The notes under the pieces are model-generated. The model had not been told where the DNA came from. It did not search any database and was given only the letters and a program-made list of their open reading frames with translations. A DNA stretch of 64,000 nt from positions 74,610-138,609 of the forward strand of contig JAIXWR010000023.1 in NCBI GenBank assembly GCA_027491155.1, given 5' to 3'. The DNA is from Verrucomicrobiaceae bacterium (GTDB lineage Bacteria > Verrucomicrobiota > Verrucomicrobiia > Verrucomicrobiales > Akkermansiaceae). The position numbers and the translations under genes are program-made. This document shows positions 1 to 8,618 of the stretch, in pieces. The stretch's first letter is position 1. Every line of letters starts with the position of its first letter.

Positions 1-486
1 AAGGGCCGCTTCCGGACCTTCCTGCTCGCGGCGCTGAAGCATTTCCTGATCAACGAGTGGAAGCGCGAGCGGACGCTGAAGCGGGGCGGCGGCGTGGCAC
101 CGGTCGCCCTGGACGGCCTGGACGGGGCGGCGCGCGACGCGCTGGAGCCGCGGCACGAGGAGACGCCGGATGCCGCCTACGACCGGCGCTGGGCCTTGAC
201 GGTGCTGGCGCGGGTCACGGCCCGGATGAAGGCGGAGTATGCCGCGGCGGGGCAGTCGGAGCGCTTCGAAGGCTTGAAGTGCTATCTTCTCGAGGGAGCC
301 GGAACGCTTTCCTACGAGGAAACGGGCCGGCGGCTCGGGCTTTCCGAGTCCGCGGTGAAGTCGGCGGTGTACAAGATCCGCCAGCGCTTCGGGGCGATGC
401 TCCGGGCCGAGGTGTCGCGGACGGTCGGCCAGCCGGGAGAAGTGGACGACGAGATCCGCTGCCTGCTGGAGGCCCTGCGCGGATGA
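1..486 (+). CDS. ECF-family RNA polymerase sigma factor (5' end outside window)
   Basis: Frame 1 is open from nt 1 to the TGA at 484-486. It has a sigma-70 region 4 helix-turn-helix (LSYEETGRRLGLSESAVKSAVYKIRQRF). Track ORF 94..486 is the same frame from an internal Met. Confidence 0.8.
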   Translation, partial: KGRFRTFLLAALKHFLINEWKRERTLKRGGGVAPVALDGLDGAARDALEPRHEETPDAAYDRRWALTVLARVTARMKAEYAAAGQSERFEGLKCYLLEGAGTLSYEETGRRLGLSESAVKSAVYKIRQRFGAMLRAEVSRTVGQPGEVDDEIRCLLEALRG

Positions 487-540
487 GCCGGCGGGAAACC
501 TCCGTGCGAGATTCTTGCTAGAAGTGGTGACAAGCTTCCG

Positions 541-3500
541 ATGAGCGCCAGCCCTCCGCCCACCTGCGCCGAATGCGGCACGCCCCGCTCGCTGGAGGTG
601 GAGGGCGGGCTTTGTCCGGGGTGCCTGCTCGGCGGGATCCTGGCGCGCGGTGAAATGCCGGACGAGTCTCCGGGGGAGGCTTCCGCGGCGATGTGCGGGG
701 ACTACATCCTGGAGCGGGAACTGGGGCGCGGCGGGACCGGTGTCGTGTTCCTGGCGCGGCAGCCCGGGATGGACCGGCCGCTGGCCCTCAAAATGCCGGT
801 GGCCGCCCATCTGGCCGGGCCGGACGAGGTCAGGCGATTCCGGCTGGAGGTGGAGTCGGTGGTCCGGCTCGAGCATCCGAACATTGTCCCGGTGCACGCG
901 GCCGGAGTCCACGAAGGCCGGCCTTACTTCGTGATGAAGCATGCGGCGGGAGGCACGCTGGCGGACCGGCTGCGCCGCCGCGATCCCGGCCCGTGGCCGC
1001 GGGCGGAGATCCGCGCCGAGGTCGGGCTTCTGGCGAAGGTGGCGCGGGCGGTCCATTTCGCCCACGAGCGGGGCGTGCTTCACCGCGACCTGAAGCCGGC
1101 CAACGTGCTGCTGGACGAACACGGCGAGCCGATGGTCGGCGACTTCGGCCTGGCGCGGCGGATGGACGAGGCTCCCGGGGTGACGATGACCGGCGCGGCG
1201 CTCGGGACGCCGGCCTACATGTCGCCGGAGCAGGCGGCGGGGCTGGCGGTGACCACGGCGACCGATGTGTATGGCCTGGGCGCGGTGCTTTTCCACCAGT
1301 TGACCGGTCGTCCGCCGTTCGAGGCGCCGGGTCCGGTCGAAGTGCTGCGACAGGTGGTCTCGGGCGACGCGCCGATCGCCCGCGAGGTGGCTCCCTGGGT
1401 GGACCGGGATCTTTCGACCGTCTGCGGGAAATGCCTGCAGCGCGACCCGGCGAAGCGCTACCGGTCGGCGGCGGCTCTGGCGGACGACCTGGAGCGCTGG
1501 CTCCGCGGCGAGCCGGTGCTGGCGCGGCCCGTCGGCGGCATCGAGCGATGCTGGCGCTGGGCGCGGCGGCGGCCGGTGGCGGCAACGCTGGCGGGATCGG
1601 CGGCGGTGGCCGGCCTGGCTTTCGTGGTGCTGCTCGGGCTGGGCATGGTGCTGCTGAGGGAGGAAAGGAACGAGGCCTTGAAGCAGGAATCGATCGCCCG
1701 CGGCAAGGCGGTCGAGGCGCGGCTGGCCGGGGAATCGCTGCGGCTGCACGCCTATGCGGCGGACGTCTATCTCGCGTCGCGGGCCCTGCGCGACGGTCAC
1801 CTGGGGGTGGCGCGCCGGATGTTGGAGCGCCACGAGCCGCGGGCGGGGGAGGCGGATCTGCGCGGCTTCGAGTGGCATGCCTTCAAGCACCAGTGCCGCG
1901 GCGACGAAGTGCGGGTGTGGAAGGATCACGTCGCGGCCGTGATGGCGGTGGACTTCGACCCGACGGGGAAGCTTCTCGCCAGCGGCGGCCGCGACGGCAG
2001 GGTCGTGGTCCGGAGCATGCCCGGGGGCGAGGAAGTGCTGCGGCTGCCGGCGGCGAATGCGCCGCGGGACCTGGCGGAGATCCCCTTGATCACCGCGCTC
2101 GCGACCCGCTCGCCCGAGATTGGTGCGATGCTCCTGCGCGGCGACTTGAATCCGGACGAACTGCGGATGCGGTCGCGGCCATCGAAGCTGGGGGAGGTCG
2201 TGGGACTTTGCTGGTCGCCGGACGGGACGCGGCTGGTCACCGCGGGCGACGGCTCCTACATCCGGATCTGGGCCATGCCGCAGGGGACGCTCGAGGGCTT
2301 GATTCCGGTGACCTACGGGCGGCCGGTATTCTCCGCCGACGGCAGCCGGCTGATCGTGGTGCGTCCGGACCTGACGGGCGGGAGGAAGCATTGGGTGAGG
2401 ATCTACCTCATGGAGAACCTCTCGCTGGTGCGGGAAATCGGAGGCGTGGAGCCCTGCGCGGCGGTTTCGCCGGATGGCAAGCGGCTCGCGGTGATGCCCC
2501 GGCCGGGCAGCCGGATCGAGTTCCACGATCTCGCGGACGGCCGCCTGCTCGATGCCTGGGACGCCGGGAACGCGGTGGGGTCGCTGGCCTTCTCCGCCGA
2601 CGGCAGGATCCTGTTCGGCCGGCGCTTCGACGGGGAGAAGCTGTTTGCCTGGAATGCGGCCGACGGCAAGCTGCTGGGGGAATCCGGAGCGATCGACGGC
2701 CGGCACCGGGTGCTGGCGGTCTCGCCGGACGGCCGCCGGGTCGCCGCGGCGGGGACCGGCCAGACCATCGAGCTGCGGGAGAGCCCGTCGATGCGGCCTT
2801 TGCTGCGATTGCGGGGAAGCGAGGACGGCATCCACGCGCTGGCGATTTCGCCCGACGGGAAGTGGCTTGTTTCGGGCGGGAACGATCACCGGACCCGGCT
2901 CTGGGATCTCGCTTCCGCCGGCGGGGAGCAGGGGACCGCCGGGGCAGCCGGGGCCGACCGGGCGAGGGATCCGATGCGCGCCGCCGGACCGGACGGGATC
3001 TGGGCCGGCGACGGGAAGAGATTCGGCTCGATCGCCCTGGAAGGTTCCGGCGGCGAAAGAGAGCAGCGTCGCATCACGGGGCCGCCGGGGGTTTACGCCC
3101 GCCTGATCGCCGCGCCGGACGGCAGCCTGCTGGCCGCCTTCAGTTGGCCGCGGGATCTGTTTGTCGCCCGCTTGCCTCAGGGAAAGTGGGAGGGGCGGTG
3201 GAGGCTTTCCCAGGGCACGGTCGGGCCGATCGTTTTCTCCGGAGACGGCCGGCTGCTGGCATCCGGCGGGGATGACAATCTGGTGACGGTCCGCGATGCC
3301 GCGAACGGCGAACTCCGTGCGGAGCTGCGCGGGCACCGGGAGGAACTGGTGTCGCTGGCGTTTTCGCCGGACGGCCGGACCCTGGCTTCCTCGTCCGTGG
3401 ACGGGACCTTGCGACTGTGGCATCTGCCCACCTGGCGCGAGCTCGGCACCTTGCACGAGGGCGTCGTGTTCCGGGAACTGGCGTTCGAGCCGCAGGGCGG

Positions 3501-3558
3501 CGGCTTGCTGGCGACCGACGGGGAGGGCCGGGTCCGCCGTTTCGCGGGTCGCGAGTAA
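541..3558 (+). CDS. Ser/Thr protein kinase with one TM helix and C-terminal WD40 repeats
   Basis: 1005 aa. The N-terminus has a CxxC..CxxC segment (CAECG...CPGC). Hanks kinase motifs HRDLKPANVLL, DFGLAR and YMSPEQ are present. There is one hydrophobic helix (VAATLAGSAAVAGLAFVVLLGLGMVLL). The C-terminus has repeated SPDG...SGG.D...R.W units typical of WD40. Confidence 0.9.
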   Translation: MSASPPPTCAECGTPRSLEVEGGLCPGCLLGGILARGEMPDESPGEASAAMCGDYILERELGRGGTGVVFLARQPGMDRPLALKMPVAAHLAGPDEVRRFRLEVESVVRLEHPNIVPVHAAGVHEGRPYFVMKHAAGGTLADRLRRRDPGPWPRAEIRAEVGLLAKVARAVHFAHERGVLHRDLKPANVLLDEHGEPMVGDFGLARRMDEAPGVTMTGAALGTPAYMSPEQAAGLAVTTATDVYGLGAVLFHQLTGRPPFEAPGPVEVLRQVVSGDAPIAREVAPWVDRDLSTVCGKCLQRDPAKRYRSAAALADDLERWLRGEPVLARPVGGIERCWRWARRRPVAATLAGSAAVAGLAFVVLLGLGMVLLREERNEALKQESIARGKAVEARLAGESLRLHAYAADVYLASRALRDGHLGVARRMLERHEPRAGEADLRGFEWHAFKHQCRGDEVRVWKDHVAAVMAVDFDPTGKLLASGGRDGRVVVRSMPGGEEVLRLPAANAPRDLAEIPLITALATRSPEIGAMLLRGDLNPDELRMRSRPSKLGEVVGLCWSPDGTRLVTAGDGSYIRIWAMPQGTLEGLIPVTYGRPVFSADGSRLIVVRPDLTGGRKHWVRIYLMENLSLVREIGGVEPCAAVSPDGKRLAVMPRPGSRIEFHDLADGRLLDAWDAGNAVGSLAFSADGRILFGRRFDGEKLFAWNAADGKLLGESGAIDGRHRVLAVSPDGRRVAAAGTGQTIELRESPSMRPLLRLRGSEDGIHALAISPDGKWLVSGGNDHRTRLWDLASAGGEQGTAGAAGADRARDPMRAAGPDGIWAGDGKRFGSIALEGSGGEREQRRITGPPGVYARLIAAPDGSLLAAFSWPRDLFVARLPQGKWEGRWRLSQGTVGPIVFSGDGRLLASGGDDNLVTVRDAANGELRAELRGHREELVSLAFSPDGRTLASSSVDGTLRLWHLPTWRELGTLHEGVVFRELAFEPQGGGLLATDGEGRVRRFAGRE

Positions 3559-3681
3559 AATTCCTTTTTTTCCCGGAAACCCTGCGGGCCGGATCTTGCA
3601 GAAGCCCGTGAAAGCCGCGGGTCGCGGCGCGTGCCGGGGAAACGTGGCAGGCGCCGGAGCTTGCGGCTGGACCCTCCCTGG

Positions 3682-3720
3682 TCGCCACCGTGCATGGTCA
3701 TGCCCGGTGGCGATTTCCTT
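3682..3720 (+). terminator. Intrinsic terminator candidate for the kinase gene
   Basis: A 9-bp stem TCGCCACCG/CGGTGGCGA (3682-3690/3705-3713) with a 14-nt loop, followed by TTTCCTTT. Confidence 0.5.
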
Positions 3721-3740
3721 TGAGGGCCGTCGCACCCCAA

Positions 3741-3770
3741 TGAAACGGCCCGGACTTTCGTCCGGGCCGT
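3741..3770 (-). terminator. Intrinsic terminator candidate for rpmB
   Basis: An 11-bp GC stem ACGGCCCGGAC/GTCCGGGCCGT (3745-3755/3760-3770) with loop TTTC. On the minus strand it is followed by TTTCA. It lies about 33 nt downstream of the rpmB stop. Confidence 0.55.
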
Positions 3771-3802
3771 CTCGTCATGAAATCGATGTCAGGGAGAGGA
3801 TC

Positions 3803-4066
3803 TCAGATGAGACCGGCTTCCTTGAGGGTCGCGTGGGCGCCGTTCTTGTTGATCGTCTTGATCGCCTTGCAGCTCAGGGTCATGCGGAGCCAGCGGTTGA
3901 GCTCGGGCACCCAGATGCGCTTGGACTGGAGGTTCGGAGCGACCTTGCGCTTCACGACCTTGGTCACGTGGCGACCGATACCGCCCTTTTTCTTGGCGAG
4001 ACCGGAACGGTTGATTTTGCCGCCGGAACGGACTCGGCTTCCTCGGATGCTGCAGACGCGGGCCAT
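3803..4066 (-). CDS. rpmB: 50S ribosomal protein L28
   Basis: 87 aa starting MARVCSIRGSRV..., continuing KRKVAPNLQSKRIWVPELNRWLRMTLSCKAIKTINKNG, which resembles the L28 family. The start is taken at internal Met49 of track ORF 3803..4210 (CAT at 4064-4066). Confidence 0.9.
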   Translation of the reverse strand: MARVCSIRGSRVRSGGKINRSGLAKKKGGIGRHVTKVVKRKVAPNLQSKRIWVPELNRWLRMTLSCKAIKTINKNGAHATLKEAGLI

Positions 4067-4103
4067 GGTAAGAGAAGGAAAGGGGTTGCTGATGCGGGGC
4101 GCG

Positions 4104-4132
4104 GAGAATGGCCGCGGGCTGCGAAGCGTCAA
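4104..4132 (-). promoter_or_regulatory. Sigma-70-like promoter candidate for rpmB
   Basis: The minus strand reads TTGACG (4127-4132), a 17-nt spacer, then ATTCTC (4104-4109), about 35 nt upstream of the rpmB ATG. This is a by-eye match only, and the promoter consensus for this phylum is uncertain. Confidence 0.25.
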
Positions 4133-4167
4133 GGCGAAATTTGGCGGCCGTCCGGACCGCGGCCCGA

Positions 4168-4701
4168 TCACCAGAGCCCGGCGAAGCGGCTCTTGAGCTC
4201 GGCCTGCCACTTTTCGAGGAAGGCGAGGTCGCGGGCGGCGAGCCAGGGGTCGCCTTGGCCGGCTTCGAGGTCGGGGAAGCGGGCTTCCTCGGCCTGTAGG
4301 GCGGCGGCGACCCGGTCCAAGGCGGCTTCGAGGGCCTCGCGGGCTTGCTGGACGGCGGGTTCGAGCATCGCCTTGGCCAGCGCGCTGAGGGCGGCCTCGC
4401 GGCGCTTGGTGACGGCGTCGGCTTGTTGCAGGGCGGAGCCGACAATGCCGAACAGATCGAGCAGGGCGGGGGAGATCGCGCCGCGTTCCTCGCCTGTTAG
4501 ACCGTTCGCTTCGAGCCAGCAGCGGAGACGGCGGGAGGGGCTGGAGAGGCGGGCGAAGGCGTCCTGGAGTCGGGCGAATTCATCGCCGCTGCCGCCCGCA
4601 TCGGGGTGGCCGGATTTGCCGGCGGCGCGGAAGGCTTCGCGCAGTTCCGCTTCGGAAAGGGTCAGCCGTTTTTCGAGGCCGAGGCGGGCGAAGGGGTCCA
4701 T
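4168..4701 (-). CDS. J-domain co-chaperone, HscB-like
   Basis: The N-terminal J domain carries an HPD motif (MDPFARLGLEKRLTLSEAELREAFRAAGKSGHPDAGG). The C-terminal half is helical. The neighbouring gene is IscA-type. The start is taken at Met8 of track ORF 4168..4722. Confidence 0.6.
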   Translation of the reverse strand: MDPFARLGLEKRLTLSEAELREAFRAAGKSGHPDAGGSGDEFARLQDAFARLSSPSRRLRCWLEANGLTGEERGAISPALLDLFGIVGSALQQADAVTKRREAALSALAKAMLEPAVQQAREALEAALDRVAAALQAEEARFPDLEAGQGDPWLAARDLAFLEKWQAELKSRFAGLW

Positions 4702-4817
4702 TTGAAGAAGGAAGGGGAACAACGAAAGGAGCGAAACGACGCGAAAATGAATGCGTGGGGAAGATGGAAGCGGGCGAATCGGAGGAGCAAGGTGCCGAAT
4801 GCAGTAAACCTACAAGC

Positions 4818-4967
4818 AGAGTTGAGAGTCCATGGTTGATTGTTGATAGTTCAGAATAAGAGGTTTGCGCCGAATTCCTGGCCTGCCCGGGAGAACGAGG
4901 TTCCATTCCGACGCAAGTTGTTCTGGATTAACGATCAACCCTCCACTCTCAACTCTCAACTCTCAAC
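4818..4967. other. Long imperfect inverted repeat (about 140-nt hairpin potential) ending in (TCTCAAC)x3
   Basis: AGAGTTGAGAGT (4818-4829) pairs perfectly with ACTCTCAACTCT (4945-4956). GGTTGAT (4834-4840) pairs with ATCAACC (4934-4940). Further G-U-tolerant pairing extends inward to about 4869/4912. Three tandem TCTCAAC units lie at 4947-4967. Confidence 0.5.
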
Positions 4968-4985
4968 TTTGCTTTTAGGGTGAAA

Positions 4986-5009
4986 GGCTTGCGGCAGGAT
5001 GCCGCAGCC
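4986..5009 (-). terminator. Terminator-like hairpin after the IscA-type gene
   Basis: GGCTTGCGGC / GCCGCAGCC stem with one bulged T and loop AGGAT. It lies 7 nt downstream of the stop at 5016. The T-tract on the minus strand is weak (CTTTC). Confidence 0.35.
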
Positions 5010-5015
5010 ACGGGT

Positions 5016-5381
5016 TCAAGCCGCGAAGCTCTCGCCGCAGGAGCAGGTGACGACGGCGTTGGGGTTGCTGACCTTGAAGCCGCCCTGCTGGAGATCGTCG
5101 GACCAGTCGAGCTCGCTGCCGCTGACGAAGAGCGCGCTCTTGGGATCGATCACGACGTTGACGCCGTTGCTGGGGACGAGGATGTCGCGGTCGCGCGGGC
5201 CGTCGACGAGGTCCATCTTGTACTGCAGGCCGCTGCAGCCGCCGCCAATGACCGCGATCCGCAGGGCGCCATCGGGGCGGCCTTGCTTTTCGAGGAGTCC
5301 ACGCAGGTGGGCGGAGGCGGCGTCCAGCACGCGGACCAGCTTCTCGTTCCCGACTTTGTAATTCACGGCCGTAGCTGACAT
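5016..5381 (-). CDS. Iron-sulfur cluster insertion protein, HesB/IscA/ErpA family
   Basis: 121 aa with GGGCSGLQY and the C-terminal CSCGESF cysteine motif typical of A-type Fe-S carriers. Confidence 0.85.
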   Translation of the reverse strand: MSATAVNYKVGNEKLVRVLDAASAHLRGLLEKQGRPDGALRIAVIGGGCSGLQYKMDLVDGPRDRDILVPSNGVNVVIDPKSALFVSGSELDWSDDLQQGGFKVSNPNAVVTCSCGESFAA

Positions 5382-5432
5382 GGCGGCGGGATTTTCACCG
5401 CGGCGCGGCCTTGTGGAAACTGAAATCTGGCC

Positions 5433-6293
5433 ATGGCGGCGGCGATCCCTACTTTCCGCGCGCCACCCATGGAGCCAAAGGTCACCCCCGGTCTCGCCGT
5501 CGCCCTCGGATCATCCCTGCTGGGCTACTATGCCCATGCGGGATTCCTGAACGGCCTGGCGGCCGCGGGGCTGCATCCGGCGCGGATTGCCGGGGCCTCG
5601 GCCGGGGCGCTGGCGGGGGCGCTGCATGCGTCGGGGCTGCGCGGCGAGGCCTTGAAGGCGGCGGCGCTGGATCCCGCGCTGCGCTGGTCGTTTTTCGACT
5701 GGGGTTCCTTTGCCCGCCTGCCCGGGGTGCTGATGGTGCTGTGGGCTTCCGGTGTTTTTTCCGGCAAGGGGGCGGTGAAGAAGCTGCGCGGGCTGTTAGA
5801 CGACGTGGACCTCGCGGCGCTCGATTTCCCGTCGCTTGAGATCGCGGTGACCGATGCCGATAGCCATCGCACGGAGATCCGCCGCGAAGGCCCGCTGGCG
5901 GAGTTGGTGGTGGCGAGTTGCGCGGTGCCCGGCTTGATCGGGATCCAGAGGGTGGGGGACCAGCGTTACATCGATGGTGGCGTGGCGTGCGAGGCACCGT
6001 TCGAGCAATGGCTCGATGATCCGGAGATCGACACGATCGTCGTCCACCGCATCCGCCATGAGGCGAACAGCGGGCCGGCGGTGGCGTGGGAGACGATCGC
6101 CACTTCGATCGGCGCGGCGCACCACACGGTCTGCAACGAACTGCACCGGCATCGGAGCGAGCTGGCGCGGATGAAGGGCAAGCGGCTGATCGAGATCGAG
6201 ACGGCGACACCGGTGCCCGGCCTCTTCACCAACCGCCGCGCGCCGCTTTGTTACGAGCGGGGCTTTGAGTCGGGGAAGTCCGTCGTGAAGTGA
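5433..6293 (+). CDS. Patatin-like phospholipase
   Basis: GxSxG nucleophile elbow (GASAG), a DGG catalytic-Asp motif (YIDGGV) and an N-terminal glycine-rich oxyanion region (ALGSSLLGYYAHAG). Confidence 0.8.
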   Translation: MAAAIPTFRAPPMEPKVTPGLAVALGSSLLGYYAHAGFLNGLAAAGLHPARIAGASAGALAGALHASGLRGEALKAAALDPALRWSFFDWGSFARLPGVLMVLWASGVFSGKGAVKKLRGLLDDVDLAALDFPSLEIAVTDADSHRTEIRREGPLAELVVASCAVPGLIGIQRVGDQRYIDGGVACEAPFEQWLDDPEIDTIVVHRIRHEANSGPAVAWETIATSIGAAHHTVCNELHRHRSELARMKGKRLIEIETATPVPGLFTNRRAPLCYERGFESGKSVVK

Positions 6294-6294
6294 C

Positions 6295-6837
6295 TCACTT
6301 CAGCGCCTGCCACTCGGCCTCGGTGGCGGGGCCTTTCTGGTTTTCCATGAGGATCTTCCAGCCGTCCGCTTTCTTGACCAGCAGGGCTTCGAAGTGGATG
6401 TGCTCGGGCTTCGGCGGGCCGTCTACGGCTTGGGCGGTGTAGAGGAAGATGCCGGTCTCGTGGGCGGTGGTAGCGTCGCCGATGCGCCGGGAAAAGCGGA
6501 ACTCCACGCTGGCCTTCATCTTGCCATCGCGGGTGTCGATGAATTCCTGCTTCCACCGCGCCAAGGCAGCGGCGAGCGGTTGGCTCATCTGCTTGCCGCC
6601 GCTGACCAGCACGCCTTCCGGGTGGCAGGTCGCGGCATAGGTTTCGAAGTCACCGGTGTTCACGGCCTTCGAGACGACGGCCCAGTAGGCGTCGAGTTCG
6701 GCGAGGCGGGTTTTCGCGGCTTCAAGGTCGGGCGCGGCGGTGGTGGCCGGAGCCTGCTCTTTCGCGGGCTCGGCTTGCAGCGGCAGGAGGGTGAAGGCGG
6801 CGAGGGCAATCAGCGGGACGGAGGTCGGGATCTTCAT
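6295..6837 (-). CDS. Exported SnoaL-like / DUF4440-like protein
   Basis: 180 aa starting MKIPTSVPLIALAAFTLLPLQA (signal peptide). The length and pattern resemble an NTF2-like fold. Only the C-terminal 180 codons of track ORF 6295..7455 look like real coding sequence. Confidence 0.5.
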   Translation of the reverse strand: MKIPTSVPLIALAAFTLLPLQAEPAKEQAPATTAAPDLEAAKTRLAELDAYWAVVSKAVNTGDFETYAATCHPEGVLVSGGKQMSQPLAAALARWKQEFIDTRDGKMKASVEFRFSRRIGDATTAHETGIFLYTAQAVDGPPKPEHIHFEALLVKKADGWKILMENQKGPATEAEWQALK

Positions 6838-6902
6838 GGCTTTCGGGACTGTGGCTCGGTCTTCCCCATCGGCCGGCCTCCGGCTGGATGAGAATGGGGC
6901 GG

Positions 6903-7151
6903 CTAGGAGTATTCCTCTTCCAGCAGCTTGTCGATCTGCTCGACCCATTCCCAGGGGCAGCGCTTGCGCTGGTATTTGCGCCAGAGCACGTCGCGCAGGG
7001 CCTCCCAGCTTTCGCGGGGCACCGGGTCGATCGGCTGCCAGTCGGGATCGGACTTGAGGGTGGTCTGAAAGCTCCATTTCCCGGCATGGCGGGTCGCGCG
7101 CCAGAAGCGCAGGCCTTCTTCGGAGCGTTCGCGCCATTCGTGGGATTCCAT
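6903..7151 (-). CDS. Small Trp-rich hypothetical protein
   Basis: 82 aa from MESHEWRERSEEG. Composition is host-like high GC. I recognise no family. Confidence 0.4.
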   Translation of the reverse strand: MESHEWRERSEEGLRFWRATRHAGKWSFQTTLKSDPDWQPIDPVPRESWEALRDVLWRKYQRKRCPWEWVEQIDKLLEEEYS

Positions 7152-7436
7152 GGCCGGAGCCTGAGGGGCTCCCGGGTGGCTGCCAAGTGCCAATCGGGCG
7201 CTGGGCGAGGGATCTCCCGGCCGGCCGGCACCCTTCCCGCCGGGCGCCCGGAGCCGGCGGCGTGCTGATATCGGCGACGGGCCTCCACCCTCCGGGCCGC
7301 GCCTCCGCCACGTCTGATAGACACACGCAGCCCAAGGAAATCCTTGTCAAATCAAGGGTCGGCGGCGCATGCTTCCAGTATCGGGGAAAGGTGATATCGC
7401 TTTCTGACACGCTACGAATTCGACTGTTGGCCAAAA

Positions 7437-8483
7437 ATGAACGGGACTCCATCACAAGAAGAGATTGATGCTGTGGCCCACTTCGTAGAGGCAGCGCGAG
7501 AACTTAAGGACTCGCCATTTTTCAAACAGGAATATGGTTCTCTCAGCCTCTCGATGAGGGAGGGGGCTGCGAGAGAGGAGATTGAAGGCAACTTTCCGGA
7601 TCAGCAGATCATTCAGGGGGCTGTCGTTCCATTCAGGCGTGTTTGGCATCAGGGTGAAGTCTGCTACCATGCTCGGGTGGTAAACATCCTGAGACGATAT
7701 GAGCCATTCTATCGCAGCTTCCTTACCCCAATACTCTTTACCGACGAGAGATCTCTGGCTGGCTCATTCGAGTGGACTCGCGATTGCGGTCTTACTCCGA
7801 CCGAGGTGATCGATTTGTGGCTGAATACACGCTATCATCACGTTGGTCGAGGTAGGCCCTCTCTTCCATCACGAGATGACTTTGATCGGTTTAACGAGTC
7901 CCTCGGTCCGGTACTTTTCGAGTTCTACTTTCTCCAGTCCTTATTCGAGTTTGGAATTTCATTGTTTAATGTGCTTCAATGTGCGGAAGGTTTCCTCCGC
8001 ACAGCCGAGGAGCAGGGATTGAACCCGTCTTTCCAGCCAGTGACGACACGGGATCCGAGGATTAGGCGAGGCACCCCAGGTTACACTCCTCCTAAAGAAA
8101 GCGCGCATCACCGAGTTTGGCGTTTGAGACGCCGCAACGATTATCGAGGCATCAGCTATTTACTGGACATCTCAAATCTTACAGACGAGGTGGTTGCAGG
8201 TTTGTTGGTCCATTGTGATTCTTTCGACCACTTCACGTCGGAAGCTGGACTTTCACTTGAGCACACCGACGACTTTGAAGCAGCGCGAGAGAACGAAGAC
8301 TTCTACGCAATGGGCGGAGCTATTGACACCCACATCACAGCAGTTCGGAATGGTAAGTGCCGAAGGGGATTCGTAGGGCGCCGTCGCGATTCCAGCTTGG
8401 TCTGGGGGGAAGATTTTGTCCCAATTGTTACAGATCAATACATCGCATTCCGTGCCGCATATCTGCGCGAACCATTCGAATAA
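7437..8483 (+). CDS. Hypothetical soluble protein, no recognisable family (islet gene A)
   Basis: A 348-aa ORF with an ATG start. It is the only long ORF in the low-GC stretch, and its amino-acid composition is normal, unlike the GC-artefact ORFs. No TM segment or catalytic motif is visible by eye. Confidence 0.6.
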   Translation: MNGTPSQEEIDAVAHFVEAARELKDSPFFKQEYGSLSLSMREGAAREEIEGNFPDQQIIQGAVVPFRRVWHQGEVCYHARVVNILRRYEPFYRSFLTPILFTDERSLAGSFEWTRDCGLTPTEVIDLWLNTRYHHVGRGRPSLPSRDDFDRFNESLGPVLFEFYFLQSLFEFGISLFNVLQCAEGFLRTAEEQGLNPSFQPVTTRDPRIRRGTPGYTPPKESAHHRVWRLRRRNDYRGISYLLDISNLTDEVVAGLLVHCDSFDHFTSEAGLSLEHTDDFEAARENEDFYAMGGAIDTHITAVRNGKCRRGFVGRRRDSSLVWGEDFVPIVTDQYIAFRAAYLREPFE

Positions 8484-8506
8484 CAAGAAGGCCAACAAGA
8501 CGTCAC

Positions 8507-8597
8507 TCCTAACGCCTGACCCGCCTCCAGTTCCAGCCGCCATGACCGCTACCACCTCAACCCCGTGTTCCATCCTCGCCCCCGGTCAGGCGTAGGA
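8507..8597. repeat. 14/15-bp inverted repeat flanking a 62-nt C-rich spacer
   Basis: TCCTAACGCCTGACC (8507-8521) and GGTCAGGCGTAGGA (8584-8597) are complementary with one bulged A. The element lies between islet genes A and B. Confidence 0.5.
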
Positions 8598-8618
8598 GGA
8601 CTCGACGTTCGCTACAAA

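Noticed and set aside
693-3275. 860-aa out-of-frame ORF inside the kinase gene
   Set aside because: The product is Arg/Gly/Ala/Pro low complexity, while the 541..3558 frame contains complete Hanks kinase motifs and WD40 repeats.
541-3558. WD40 kinase as a STAND/antiviral ATPase-type sensor
   Set aside because: No NACHT, NB-ARC or P-loop NTPase motif is present. The architecture is kinase-TM-WD40, linked to an ECF sigma factor.
5433-6293. Patatin-like phospholipase as a CBASS (CapV-type) effector
   Set aside because: No CD-NTase/cyclase gene or other CBASS accessory gene is adjacent. The neighbours are an Fe-S carrier and a SnoaL-like protein, and the composition is host-like.
6295-7455. N-terminal extensions of track ORFs 6295..7455, 14726..15988 and 23850..25082
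   Set aside because: Only the C-terminal portions, which begin with signal peptides at internal Met codons, look like proteins. The upstream parts are Arg/Pro/Gly-rich read-through of intergenic or antisense sequence.
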